From Candidatus Levyibacteriota bacterium (GTDB taxonomy: Bacteria > Patescibacteriota > Microgenomatia > Levybacterales > UBA12049): a DNA stretch of 64,000 nt. Made by a program: the position numbers and the translations under genes. Each line of letters starts with the position of its first letter. The stretch's first letter is position 1. Below, one piece after another: positions 55,784 to 64,000 of this stretch. The notes under the pieces were generated by a model. The model did not search any database and was not told the origin of the DNA. It saw nothing but the letters and a program-made list of their open reading frames with translations. The stretch spans positions 2,527-66,526 of the forward strand of contig JBBRCK010000003.1 in assembly GCA_038205015.1 (NCBI GenBank), in the 5' to 3' direction.

Positions 55784-56566
55784 TTATTTTGCTAGTTCTT
55801 TATCGATAATTGTTTTAAAGGCAGAGTAGGGCTGTGCTCCGACAACTGCGATACCATTTATAAATATTGTTGGTGTTCCGGAAACGCCTGCCGCTTGACC
55901 ATCAGCTAAATCCTTGCTGACATCGGCATTAAACTTTTTACTTGATAAACAGGTTTTAAATTGATCACCATTTAGCCCAAGATTTACAGCTACTTGAGTT
56001 AATCCGTCGGTGTTATACATTGATGTATCGGATTCGGATGGCTGGTTTTTATAAAGATAATCATGATATTCCCAGAATTTTCCCTGGTCATTTGCGCAAG
56101 CCACGGCATTTGAAGCAACAACTGAGGCATCTCCTAAGAATGCGAAATCTCTAAAATATAATTTAACTTTTCCCGTATCTACATAGTCTTTAATTAATTG
56201 AGATTCGCTATCTGTAAAAAACTTTTCGCAGAAAGGGCATCGGTAATCTGCAAATTGTACAACTGTAACTTTTGCATCTGCTTTTCCAAGAAAGGGCATT
56301 TTGCCGACTCCAACGTCTACTTTTTGCCCGTCGGTTAATCCTTGTTGTTGTGAGGGTTGTGCGGCGGCCGGTGCGGCGGCTTGGTTATTTAAGGCTTGCC
56401 CTTTTTCTAAATATTGAATTTTTGTGACTAATACACCGATTAAAAAAGCAGCAATTACTAAAAGAAAGACTAAGGCTTGAGTGGTGGTTAATTTTTTAAG
56501 CAAATTAAACAAGGAGTTTACGAGTTGGTTAGCTTTTTTAACTATCGGAACGTTATTTTTTGCCAT
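55784..56566 (-). CDS. DsbA-like thioredoxin-fold thiol-disulfide oxidoreductase, membrane-anchored
   Basis: N-terminal TM; CPFC active site in FADYRCPFCEKF. Confidence 0.75.
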   Translation of the reverse strand: MAKNNVPIVKKANQLVNSLFNLLKKLTTTQALVFLLVIAAFLIGVLVTKIQYLEKGQALNNQAAAPAAAQPSQQQGLTDGQKVDVGVGKMPFLGKADAKVTVVQFADYRCPFCEKFFTDSESQLIKDYVDTGKVKLYFRDFAFLGDASVVASNAVACANDQGKFWEYHDYLYKNQPSESDTSMYNTDGLTQVAVNLGLNGDQFKTCLSSKKFNADVSKDLADGQAAGVSGTPTIFINGIAVVGAQPYSAFKTIIDKELAK

Positions 56567-56665
56567 AGCGTTATTCTATATTTTTTAAAAAACTCATGTC
56601 AAGAGTTAAAATACAGTTGACAGATTTTAATATTATAGTATAAGCTTTGCTAAGAAATAGCTTCT

Positions 56666-57670
56666 ATGGCAAAAATTGTTTTTTTTGATACAGAAAAATG
56701 GGAAGAAGAGTATGTAAAGAATGCTCTTTTGGGACTTGATGCAATATTAACCAGCGAAAAGCTTGATGAAACTACTTTTTCCAAATACCAAGATGCAGAA
56801 ATTATTTCCTGTTTTATTTATAGTAAGCTCACCAAAAATATTTTAGAAAAACTTCCTAATTTGAAATTTATTGCTACCCGTTCGATGGGGTATGACCATA
56901 TTGATTTAGAATACTGTAAATTAAAGGGAATAATGGTTGCAAATGTTCCAAAATATGGTGCGCATACTGTTGCAGAGCATACCTTTGCTTTAATTTTGGC
57001 AATTTCTAGAAAAATTGTTCCAAGTGTTGAACAGGCTAGAAGAGGAGATTTCTCAAGTACCGGACTTGAAGGATTTGATTTAAGCGGGAAGACGTTGGGA
57101 GTAATTGGAACGGGGAATATTGGAGTAAATGTTTGCAATCTGGGCTTGTCGTTTGGGATGAGTGTACTGGCATATAATAGAAGTCAAAATCCGGAACTGG
57201 TTTCGAAGGGAGTTAAGTATGTTTCTTTAGATGAATTATTGGCCGGCTCTGACATAATTACGCTTCATCTTCCACATACCAAAGAAACTGAGCACATTAT
57301 TAATCTTTCAAATTTAGACAAAATTAAAAAAGGAGCGGTTTTAATCAATACGGCAAGGGGTTCTTTGGTTGAAACTCAAGCGATTGCCGAGGGTTTAGAA
57401 AAGGGGATTTTATCCGCCGCAGGACTGGATGTCTTAGAAGAGGAAGCACATCTAAGGGAAGAAAAGGAATTTTTGTCCGAAGAGTATCTTAAAAACATCG
57501 ATATTAAGACACAACTTATTAATCATGTTTTGTTAACAAGAGATGATGTCGTAATCACTCCTCATAACGCATTTAATAGTAAAGAAGCAGTGGAAGAGAT
57601 AATGGAGACTTCAGTTTACAATATTAAAAACTTTGCTGCAGGTACTCCTAGTAATATTGTTGGACAATAA
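56666..57670 (+). CDS. D-isomer-specific 2-hydroxyacid dehydrogenase
   Basis: GVIGTGNIGV NAD-binding, catalytic R/E/H region LINTARG...HNAF. Confidence 0.85.
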   Translation: MAKIVFFDTEKWEEEYVKNALLGLDAILTSEKLDETTFSKYQDAEIISCFIYSKLTKNILEKLPNLKFIATRSMGYDHIDLEYCKLKGIMVANVPKYGAHTVAEHTFALILAISRKIVPSVEQARRGDFSSTGLEGFDLSGKTLGVIGTGNIGVNVCNLGLSFGMSVLAYNRSQNPELVSKGVKYVSLDELLAGSDIITLHLPHTKETEHIINLSNLDKIKKGAVLINTARGSLVETQAIAEGLEKGILSAAGLDVLEEEAHLREEKEFLSEEYLKNIDIKTQLINHVLLTRDDVVITPHNAFNSKEAVEEIMETSVYNIKNFAAGTPSNIVGQ

Positions 57671-57756
57671 ATTTGTTCAACAGAAATCTTAATTGAATAA
57701 ATAATTACGGGTTGACTTAAACCTCTCGTTTCTGTATTTTAGATAGGGAGGTAAAT

Positions 57757-58083
57757 ATGGCAGATATAAATTTTACAGATCAAAATTTCCAACAAGAAGT
57801 CTTGGAATCAAAATCGCCGGTTTTGGTTGATTTTTGGGCAGAGTGGTGTGCTCCTTGTCGAATTGTTTCTCCGATAGTTGATGAATTGGCAACAGAATAT
57901 GGAGAAAAATTAAAAGTAGGAAAGTTAAACGTTGATGAAAGCGGTAAGACAGCACAAAGCTATGGAGTAATGAGTATTCCAAGTCTTTTAGTCTTTAAAG
58001 ATGGAAAAGTTATTAAAACCATGATTGGAGCTCAAAGCAAAGATAATTTTAAAAGAGAAATAGACAGTGTTTTAGGCGCTTAA
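57757..58083 (+). CDS. trxA: Thioredoxin
   Basis: WAEWCAPCR active site. Confidence 0.9.
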   Translation: MADINFTDQNFQQEVLESKSPVLVDFWAEWCAPCRIVSPIVDELATEYGEKLKVGKLNVDESGKTAQSYGVMSIPSLLVFKDGKVIKTMIGAQSKDNFKREIDSVLGA

Positions 58084-58093
58084 ATTCTTCAAA

Positions 58094-59005
58094 ATGATTT
58101 ACGACGTAATAATTATTGGCAGTGGTCCTGCAGGCTTAACCGCAGCAATTTATACAACCCGAGCAGATTTAAAAACTCTACTTGTTGCCGGTGGAAAATG
58201 GGGAGGACAGTTAATGCTGACAACTTTGGTTGAAAATTTTCCCGGTTTTCCCGAAGGCATTCAGGGACCGGATTTAATGTCCAATATGCGAAAACAAGCT
58301 GAGCATTTTGGGACAGAATTTATTGATGAAGATTTTGTTTCTGCAGATTTCTCCACGAAACCCTTTAAAATAACCGTCTCGGATAAAACCTACGAAGCAG
58401 AATCAGTAATTATTGCAACAGGAGCCGATACAAAATGGTTGGGCGTTAAGGGTGAGTCGGAAAAAATTGGCAGAGGAGTTTCAAGTTGCGCGCCCTGCGA
58501 CGGGGTCTTTTTTAGAAACAAAAATGTAATTGTTGTTGGTGGAGGAGATTCTGCGATGGAGGAAGCATTGGTGTTAACTAAGTTTGCAACTTCAGTGACT
58601 TTAGTTCATCGAAAAGATTCTTTTAAAGCCTCGGAAATAATGCAAAAAAGAGTGAGAGAAAATCCCAAAATTAAAATAATGTTTAATTCAGAGGTTGTAG
58701 AGGTTTTGGGTGATACAAATGTAACAGGAGTTAAGGTTAAGAATAATTTAACTGATAAAGAAGAAGAAATGTCAATTGATGGAATTTTTGTAGCTGTGGG
58801 GCATATGCCAAATACCTCAAGACTTAAGGATATAGAGTTAGACGAAGCCGGTTTTATAAAAGTTCACGATCATTTTTTAACTAATAAAGAGGGCGTTTTT
58901 GTGGCTGGAGATGTGCATGATTCTCATTACAAACAAGCAATCACCGCCGCCGGATATGGTTGTGCCGCTGCGTTAGAAGCGCAAAAGTGGCTTGAGGAGA
59001 AGTAA
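58094..59005 (+). CDS. trxB: Thioredoxin-disulfide reductase
   Basis: IIGSGPAGLTAA FAD site, CAPCDG redox-active disulfide, GGGDSAMEEA NADPH site. Confidence 0.9.
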   Translation: MIYDVIIIGSGPAGLTAAIYTTRADLKTLLVAGGKWGGQLMLTTLVENFPGFPEGIQGPDLMSNMRKQAEHFGTEFIDEDFVSADFSTKPFKITVSDKTYEAESVIIATGADTKWLGVKGESEKIGRGVSSCAPCDGVFFRNKNVIVVGGGDSAMEEALVLTKFATSVTLVHRKDSFKASEIMQKRVRENPKIKIMFNSEVVEVLGDTNVTGVKVKNNLTDKEEEMSIDGIFVAVGHMPNTSRLKDIELDEAGFIKVHDHFLTNKEGVFVAGDVHDSHYKQAITAAGYGCAAALEAQKWLEEK

Positions 59006-59026
59006 CGATACCTCTATAATAAGTTT

Positions 59027-60238
59027 GTGCAAGCAAAACTACTAAAATTAAAACTGGAACGCATCAAAACCATAATTATTTTTCATAAAGTTTCATTGAT
59101 TATACTTACGGGACTAACAATTGTTTTTGTTTCCGCAGTTATATTTTTAAGTTTTAGTTTGGCAGGGAAAAATCAGACAAATCTTGCTTTAGAAAAGAAG
59201 TTAAAAGATGTTTCTATTAAGCTCAAGTTTTTAGAAAATCAAGATCAATACAAGATTAATTTGGGTTTAAAAGAAAATATAAAAAACATACAAACATTAT
59301 ATAAGGATTCTTTAGGCTTGTATCAACGAATTCTTGATTTAAAAACCCAAAAACAAGATACAAAAGATTTAGATAAGGAGTTTGCCAAAGGATTAAGTTA
59401 TCTATCTGATTTAAATTACTCTTCGGGTTCTGCGAGTTTTAAAATTTTAGCATTTGATATAAACAAGAAGGAAGCTGATTTAGCGGCCGCTCAAGTTCAA
59501 GCTTCAGCTCCACAAAATCAAAATATACTCCAGAGTAATACGCCTCCATCAAGTGGTTTCTCAGTACAAAGTGTTTCAACTGATAATGTAAATTTTACGG
59601 TTTATATTATTGCAGCAGATTTAAATTCGACAAAAGTGGTTGTTGATACAGCATCGGGTAGTGATTGTGGCAATAATTGTCCAACCCTTCCTTTATCTGA
59701 TTATGTTTCAAGAAGTGGAGCTTATGCTGGAATAAATGGTTCGTATTTTTGTCCAGCAGAATATCCCAGTTGTGTCGGAAAAACAAATTCTTTTGACTTA
59801 CTCGCTATGAATAAAAATAAAGTCTACTTTAATTCTTCAAATAATGTTTATTCAACAAATCCAGCAGTTATTTTTTCAGGAAATTCTGCAAGATTTGTCG
59901 GTCAAGCCTTGGAATGGGGAAGAGATACAGGAGTTGATGCGGTACTTTCTAATTATCCGCTTTTAGTAAGTGGTGGAAATGTTGTTTATGGTGGGGGCGG
60001 AGATGCAAAATTTGCTCCAAAAGGAGCAAGGGGATTTGTTGCCAATAAGGGGAACACTGTTTATATAGGTTTTGTTTTAAATGCAACTATGCAAGAAAGC
60101 GCAAAAGTTTTAAAAGTATTAGGTATGGATAATGCGATGAACTTAGATGAAGGTGGTTCAACGGCTTTATGGTCAGGGGGTTATAAATTAGGGCCAGGAA
60201 GAAATATTCCCAACGCACTCCTTTTTATTAGAAAATAA
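59027..60238 (+). CDS. Membrane-anchored phosphodiester glycosidase family (NAGPA/DUF2233-like) protein
   Basis: TM, coiled region, C-terminal GINGSYF...NLDEGGSTAL blocks. Confidence 0.5.
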   Translation: MQAKLLKLKLERIKTIIIFHKVSLIILTGLTIVFVSAVIFLSFSLAGKNQTNLALEKKLKDVSIKLKFLENQDQYKINLGLKENIKNIQTLYKDSLGLYQRILDLKTQKQDTKDLDKEFAKGLSYLSDLNYSSGSASFKILAFDINKKEADLAAAQVQASAPQNQNILQSNTPPSSGFSVQSVSTDNVNFTVYIIAADLNSTKVVVDTASGSDCGNNCPTLPLSDYVSRSGAYAGINGSYFCPAEYPSCVGKTNSFDLLAMNKNKVYFNSSNNVYSTNPAVIFSGNSARFVGQALEWGRDTGVDAVLSNYPLLVSGGNVVYGGGGDAKFAPKGARGFVANKGNTVYIGFVLNATMQESAKVLKVLGMDNAMNLDEGGSTALWSGGYKLGPGRNIPNALLFIRK

Positions 60239-60239
60239 T

Positions 60240-60929
60240 TTAAGCTTTTGTTAGTTCAACAAGGTCATTTGATGTTAGATCTAAGCTTGGTGAAAAATAG
60301 TAACTGATTCCCAAAGGTTTTATTTTTTTTGCCATTTCGAGCCTAGCTTCAGCTATTAGCCCTGTATTTTCCCTGGCTGTTTTAACCGCACCGTTTAATA
60401 TAGCTATTGGCTTATCTCCTTGTTCTGAATCTGTAAAATGTGAAGAATAAGGACTTCTTGTAAGCATATGTACTCCACCAGAGTCTAAGACGATTAAAGC
60501 TTTAAGCGCTGAGCCAAGAAATTTATTTATATCTAGGTCAGAAAATATAGTTGTTGCTATTTTTAGGTTTTCTGCCATAGGATGCGTATGAATATTAACT
60601 ATGTCATTCATAAAAGGACTAAAAGTTCTCAGTCCATAAGGTAGAGCTGGCGAGCTAATATCTTGCTCAGTCCCAATAAAAATTTTGCTTTTAATAAGTT
60701 TACCCCTATCTAAGCCGATTATTAATCCTCTTTCTTTTCCATCTTGTTGAGTTGCATCCACCATTTCTTTCCATCTTTCTTGTGCGATAATTTCTGGTGA
60801 AAATCTTAGGGTTTGAGCCATTGCCCATTGCTCTAATCCTGGAAGTGTTTCATTATTAATAATTTCTGCATGTATGGTTGGTGGAAATTCGGATGAATCA
60901 ATACTCATGTAATCATACGAGTATACCAA
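60240..60929 (-). CDS. Hypothetical protein (229 aa); imperfect JAB/MPN-like H-x-H...S-x-x-D pattern
   Basis: NIHTHPMAENLKIATTIFSDLD spacing not canonical. Confidence 0.35.
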   Translation of the reverse strand: MVYSYDYMSIDSSEFPPTIHAEIINNETLPGLEQWAMAQTLRFSPEIIAQERWKEMVDATQQDGKERGLIIGLDRGKLIKSKIFIGTEQDISSPALPYGLRTFSPFMNDIVNIHTHPMAENLKIATTIFSDLDINKFLGSALKALIVLDSGGVHMLTRSPYSSHFTDSEQGDKPIAILNGAVKTARENTGLIAEARLEMAKKIKPLGISYYFSPSLDLTSNDLVELTKA

Positions 60930-60975
60930 AATTAATTCATTGACAACTTAATATCTTATTGAGATTATATTATTA

Positions 60976-61449
60976 ATGAATAAGTTAATTAAATTATTAT
61001 TTGCAGTTATAGTTTGTGAGGGGATTGGGATTTTAGGTTCATTGTTTACAATCTCTCAAATATTAACTTGGTATCAAGGCTTAAATAAGCCATTTTTTTC
61101 TCCTCCGAATTGGGTTTTTGGGCCGGTTTGGACGATGCTTTATGGTTTAATGGGAATTTCTATTTTCCTTATTTTTGAAGCTAAAATCAAAAAAAGAGAA
61201 AGAAATAACCTTTTACTTTTATTCTCCTTACAACTTCTTCTTAATTTTTTATGGTCGGTAATTTTCTTCGGTATGCATTTATCAGCAGTTGCTTTTATAG
61301 AAATTATTTTTCTTTGGACCACAATTCTAATACTTATTATTAAGTTTTATAAATATTCAAAATTATCTTCATATTTATTAATTCCATATCTTTTTTGGGT
61401 AAGTTTTGCTTCACTTCTTAACATTTCGGTTGCTTTATTAAATAAGTAA
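60976..61449 (+). CDS. TspO/MBR family protein
   Basis: WYQGLNKPFFSPPNWVFGPVWTMLY. Confidence 0.85.
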   Translation: MNKLIKLLFAVIVCEGIGILGSLFTISQILTWYQGLNKPFFSPPNWVFGPVWTMLYGLMGISIFLIFEAKIKKRERNNLLLLFSLQLLLNFLWSVIFFGMHLSAVAFIEIIFLWTTILILIIKFYKYSKLSSYLLIPYLFWVSFASLLNISVALLNK

Positions 61450-61461
61450 TTTAGCCTCGAT

Positions 61462-61686
61462 TTGACATTTATTTTTATTAGGTTTAGAATATTTTCTTGG
61501 ATTATGACAATAGAACAGCTAAGAGAATTTACATTGGCAGAACTTAATGGCCCCAAAAACGTAGTTGGGTATCCGGATTTATCTTGGTATCCCACTCAGG
61601 TACCTATTCATATAGAGGGGCAACCTATTGTACTACGACCCCACGGAGAGGCTAAGCTTCGAAAGCTTCAAGCAAAAGGTAAGTAA
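61462..61686 (+). CDS. Hypothetical small protein
   Basis: ORF only; real start may be ATG 61504. Confidence 0.3.
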   Translation: MTFIFIRFRIFSWIMTIEQLREFTLAELNGPKNVVGYPDLSWYPTQVPIHIEGQPIVLRPHGEAKLRKLQAKGK

Positions 61687-61717
61687 GCAGTATTTATCAA
61701 TAAAATGATATAATTTT

Positions 61718-62764
61718 TTGATGCAAAAAGAAAAACATTACATCCCCGCGGTTGATGCATTAAGAATAATTTCAATTTTAGCCGTAATTTTTATCCATAC
61801 TACTACCAGGACGCTGGAAGCTTCTTTTTTTGACCTTCGAAACCTTCCTATAACATTTTTTATTAACCAAGTATTAAGATTTGCAGTGCCTTTGTTTTTT
61901 ATTATTTCCGGTTTCGTTTTGGAATTAAATTTTCATCTACACGAAAGTTACCTTGCTTATTTTAAAAAGAGAATTAACCGAATTTTTTTACCATATCTTT
62001 TTTGGAGTGCAATTTATTATTTTTTTGTATATAAAGTACATACCGAAAACTTTTTCTACGCCGTTATCAAAGGGGATGCTTCTTATCAGCTATATTTCAT
62101 TCCTGCTCTTTTAATTTTCTATTTTCTTTTTCCCTTTATTCATAATTTTTATAAGTTTTTTAACAGTAAATGGTTACTAATTGTTTTAGGTATATTACAG
62201 TTAAGTTTTCTATATTTTGATTATTATGTTCGTCAGCTAACGCTTTTTTATCCAATAACAATTGCTTTACTGAATTTTTTTGTTTTTTATCTAGGAATTG
62301 CAATTGCAAACAATCATGAGAGATTTATTTCTTTCGCAAAAAAATGGAAGTTAATCTTATTCATTAGCTTATTGGCATTTGCTGTATACATTAATTTTGA
62401 AGGTTTAACTTATTATTTAAAAACTCATAATTATCTTGCATTTTATTCTTCATGGAGGCCAAGTATTTTCATTTACACTTTATTGATAGGGAGCTTTCTG
62501 TATTATTTATTTGACAGAAATTTTAAATATACTATTATTATCAAAACTTTGTCGCGACTTTCTTTTTTTGTATTTTTTATTCACGTAATTATTCTTGAAG
62601 TAGTTTGGTACGCAATTGGTAAGAATTTATTTGCTTTGACTAACGGAAAAATTTCTCATCAACTTTGGTACGACCCATTGTACTTTCTTGCAGTTACAAT
62701 CGTTTCTTTTTCGATAGCCTTTATCGTGCATAAAATTCCATATCTCTCTAAAATAAGCGGGTGA
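61718..62764 (+). CDS. Acyltransferase family 3 (OafA-like) membrane protein
   Basis: IPAVDALRIISILAVIFIHTT N-terminus, 10 TM. Confidence 0.65.
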   Translation: MMQKEKHYIPAVDALRIISILAVIFIHTTTRTLEASFFDLRNLPITFFINQVLRFAVPLFFIISGFVLELNFHLHESYLAYFKKRINRIFLPYLFWSAIYYFFVYKVHTENFFYAVIKGDASYQLYFIPALLIFYFLFPFIHNFYKFFNSKWLLIVLGILQLSFLYFDYYVRQLTLFYPITIALLNFFVFYLGIAIANNHERFISFAKKWKLILFISLLAFAVYINFEGLTYYLKTHNYLAFYSSWRPSIFIYTLLIGSFLYYLFDRNFKYTIIIKTLSRLSFFVFFIHVIILEVVWYAIGKNLFALTNGKISHQLWYDPLYFLAVTIVSFSIAFIVHKIPYLSKISG

Positions 62765-62809
62765 GTTAATCAGTTTGACATCAATTTGAATTAACAATAC
62801 AATTTCTTT

Positions 62810-63214
62810 ATGGGTAAATTAAATATAATTACAAAAGGAATTATTGGATTATTAACACTTGAATTTATTTTGGGTATGGTAATGAATTTATACGCAGTTT
62901 CTCCAGATGATCCAGGATATTTAACAGAATCGCCATTAATTAAGTATTCTTCTATAACTCATATGGTAAGCGGAATTGCCTTGCCGCTACTTGCCTTAAT
63001 ACTTTTAGTACTTGCTTTTAAAAGTAAAAAACAAAATCTTAAGGTGTGGGCGATTTATGGTTTTATTAGCATGTTGATGGCAACAGCTGGGGGAATTGGA
63101 GCAGTAATGTTAAAAGATAGCGCATCTGAACTTTCGTCTTTTGTAATGTCGTTAGGATTTATTGCTTCTTTTCTAACTTATGGTAAATTTTACTTTCTTC
63201 TTAAAAATAAATAA
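62810..63214 (+). CDS. Hypothetical membrane protein (134 aa, 4 TM)
   Basis: ORF only. Confidence 0.4.
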   Translation: MGKLNIITKGIIGLLTLEFILGMVMNLYAVSPDDPGYLTESPLIKYSSITHMVSGIALPLLALILLVLAFKSKKQNLKVWAIYGFISMLMATAGGIGAVMLKDSASELSSFVMSLGFIASFLTYGKFYFLLKNK

Positions 63215-63256
63215 GTGCTAGGCATAATTTAGCCATAAATGATATAATCTCCACTT

Positions 63257-63643
63257 ATGATAGAAACTGAAACTAGTTTTGGTATTAAGCCGGAGGGGCC
63301 AAGTGAAAGCGTTTTTGTTAATCCACCCGAAGGAGCAGTCATGCCGGTAATTTCTTTATTAAGGCTTGCAGAAAGAGAAGGGGTATATGCAACTCTGTCT
63401 GATAAAGCTCGGGAAAGACTGGAAATGTATTTTTTAACCGGTCTGCCAATTACGAAGATTGCAGGTATTCAGCATGTTTCGAAACAAGCAGTAAATCAGA
63501 CCATAAGAAAAGCTCCCGAGATGTTGTATAAAAAAATGACCAAAGATGTTGTAATGCGAAAAACAACTATTAGTTATAGGGAGATATTAGGAATTTATTC
63601 AGATTACAGAATTTATCTTGCTGCAAAAAAGGGTGGAGAATAA
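63257..63643 (+). CDS. Putative DNA-binding protein with sigma-70 region-4-like HTH
   Basis: LTGLPITKIAGIQHVSKQAVNQTIRKA. Confidence 0.4.
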   Translation: MIETETSFGIKPEGPSESVFVNPPEGAVMPVISLLRLAEREGVYATLSDKARERLEMYFLTGLPITKIAGIQHVSKQAVNQTIRKAPEMLYKKMTKDVVMRKTTISYREILGIYSDYRIYLAAKKGGE

Positions 63644-63669
63644 AATATTTCTATTCCCCTTGACACATT

Positions 63670-63698
63670 TCTAGCCTTATGTTAATATCCAAAGTGTG
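63670..63698 (+). promoter_or_regulatory. Sigma70-type promoter TTGACA-17-TAATAT preceding a ~160-nt leader and tRNA-Ala
   Basis: ttgacacatttctagccttatgttaatat. Confidence 0.45.
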
Positions 63699-63862
63699 AA
63701 TGAATCTAGTTCAGGCGTGAGTCTGATGCTAAGAGGAAATTACTTTATGATGACACTTAGAAAAATAACTTTTTCAGCCGTATAAATTGCGGTTTTAGTG
63801 CCTCATACGGGTTTCCTCTAAATTAATTCATAGTATTTTTGATATTGGATTCGTGAGCGAAC

Positions 63863-63935
63863 GGGCCGTTAGTTCACCCGGTAGAACACTTCATTTGCAA
63901 TGAAGAGGTAGGCGGTTCGAGTCCGCCACGGTCCA
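63863..63935 (+). tRNA. tRNA-Ala (anticodon UGC) with G3-U70
   Basis: Acceptor GGGCCGT/ACGGTCC (G3-T70), anticodon stem CTTCA/TGAAG loop TTTGCAA, T-arm GGCGG-TTCGAGT-CCGCC, discriminator A. Confidence 0.85.
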
Positions 63936-64000
63936 CAAAACTTTACTTGTTGTTTAGCACGTAGCGCTTGTCACATGCGTGACCGCTACTTGCAAAATAA

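Noticed and set aside
1-64000. CRISPR arrays, rRNA genes, IS elements
   Set aside because: No regularly spaced direct repeats, no rRNA-like sequence, and no transposase-like ORFs were seen on manual scan.

Overview
This is a 64-kb chromosomal window from a low-GC, gene-dense bacterium with small, often overlapping genes; GC is roughly one-third by eye and was not computed.

Gene content suggests a Patescibacteria/CPR-like lineage, which is an inference. Supporting features are two tandem class A PBPs, an ATP-dependent (archaeal/eukaryotic-type) DNA ligase, a class II B12-dependent RNR, a PHP-domain repair-like protein, archaeal-type UMP kinase, and little visible biosynthesis.

About 75 CDS are mostly housekeeping:
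- Glycolysis and pentose phosphate: gap, pgk, rpiB, rpe.
- Cell wall: murD, 2x PBP1, SpoIID/LytB, LytR_C, GT4.
- Translation and RNA: trpS, tgt, pth, smpB.
- Other: ftsH, recF, fpg, 5'-3' exonuclease, trxA/trxB, DsbA-like, ZIP, TspO, P1B-type ATPase.

RNA genes:
- Five tRNAs: two Ser-type, Ile(UAU), CAU, Ala(UGC).
- A tmRNA (ssrA) next to smpB that the ORF track cannot show.
- A candidate ~290-nt structured ncRNA.

Regulatory elements:
- A cobalamin riboswitch.
- A tandem NrdR-box pair upstream of nrdR-nrdJ.
- Several TGnTATAAT extended -10 promoters, two of which imply leaderless mRNAs.

Most unusual or accessory-looking content:
- A paralogous pair of HTH plus LAGLIDADG-like proteins, each pressed against tRNA genes. 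One is literally sandwiched tRNA-ORF-tRNA with its stop codon inside the downstream tRNA.
- A compositionally distinct (higher GC, Ala/Gly-rich) 920-aa glycine-zipper protein with a translationally coupled small ORF at the window start.
- A 983-aa membrane-anchored FtsK/HerA/VirD4-like ATPase with a Q/P-rich N-terminus.
- A B12 salvage cluster (riboswitch-DUF4430-membrane protein-PduO adenosyltransferase) fused onto the nrdR-nrdJ locus.

No CRISPR array, rRNA or clear transposon was seen.
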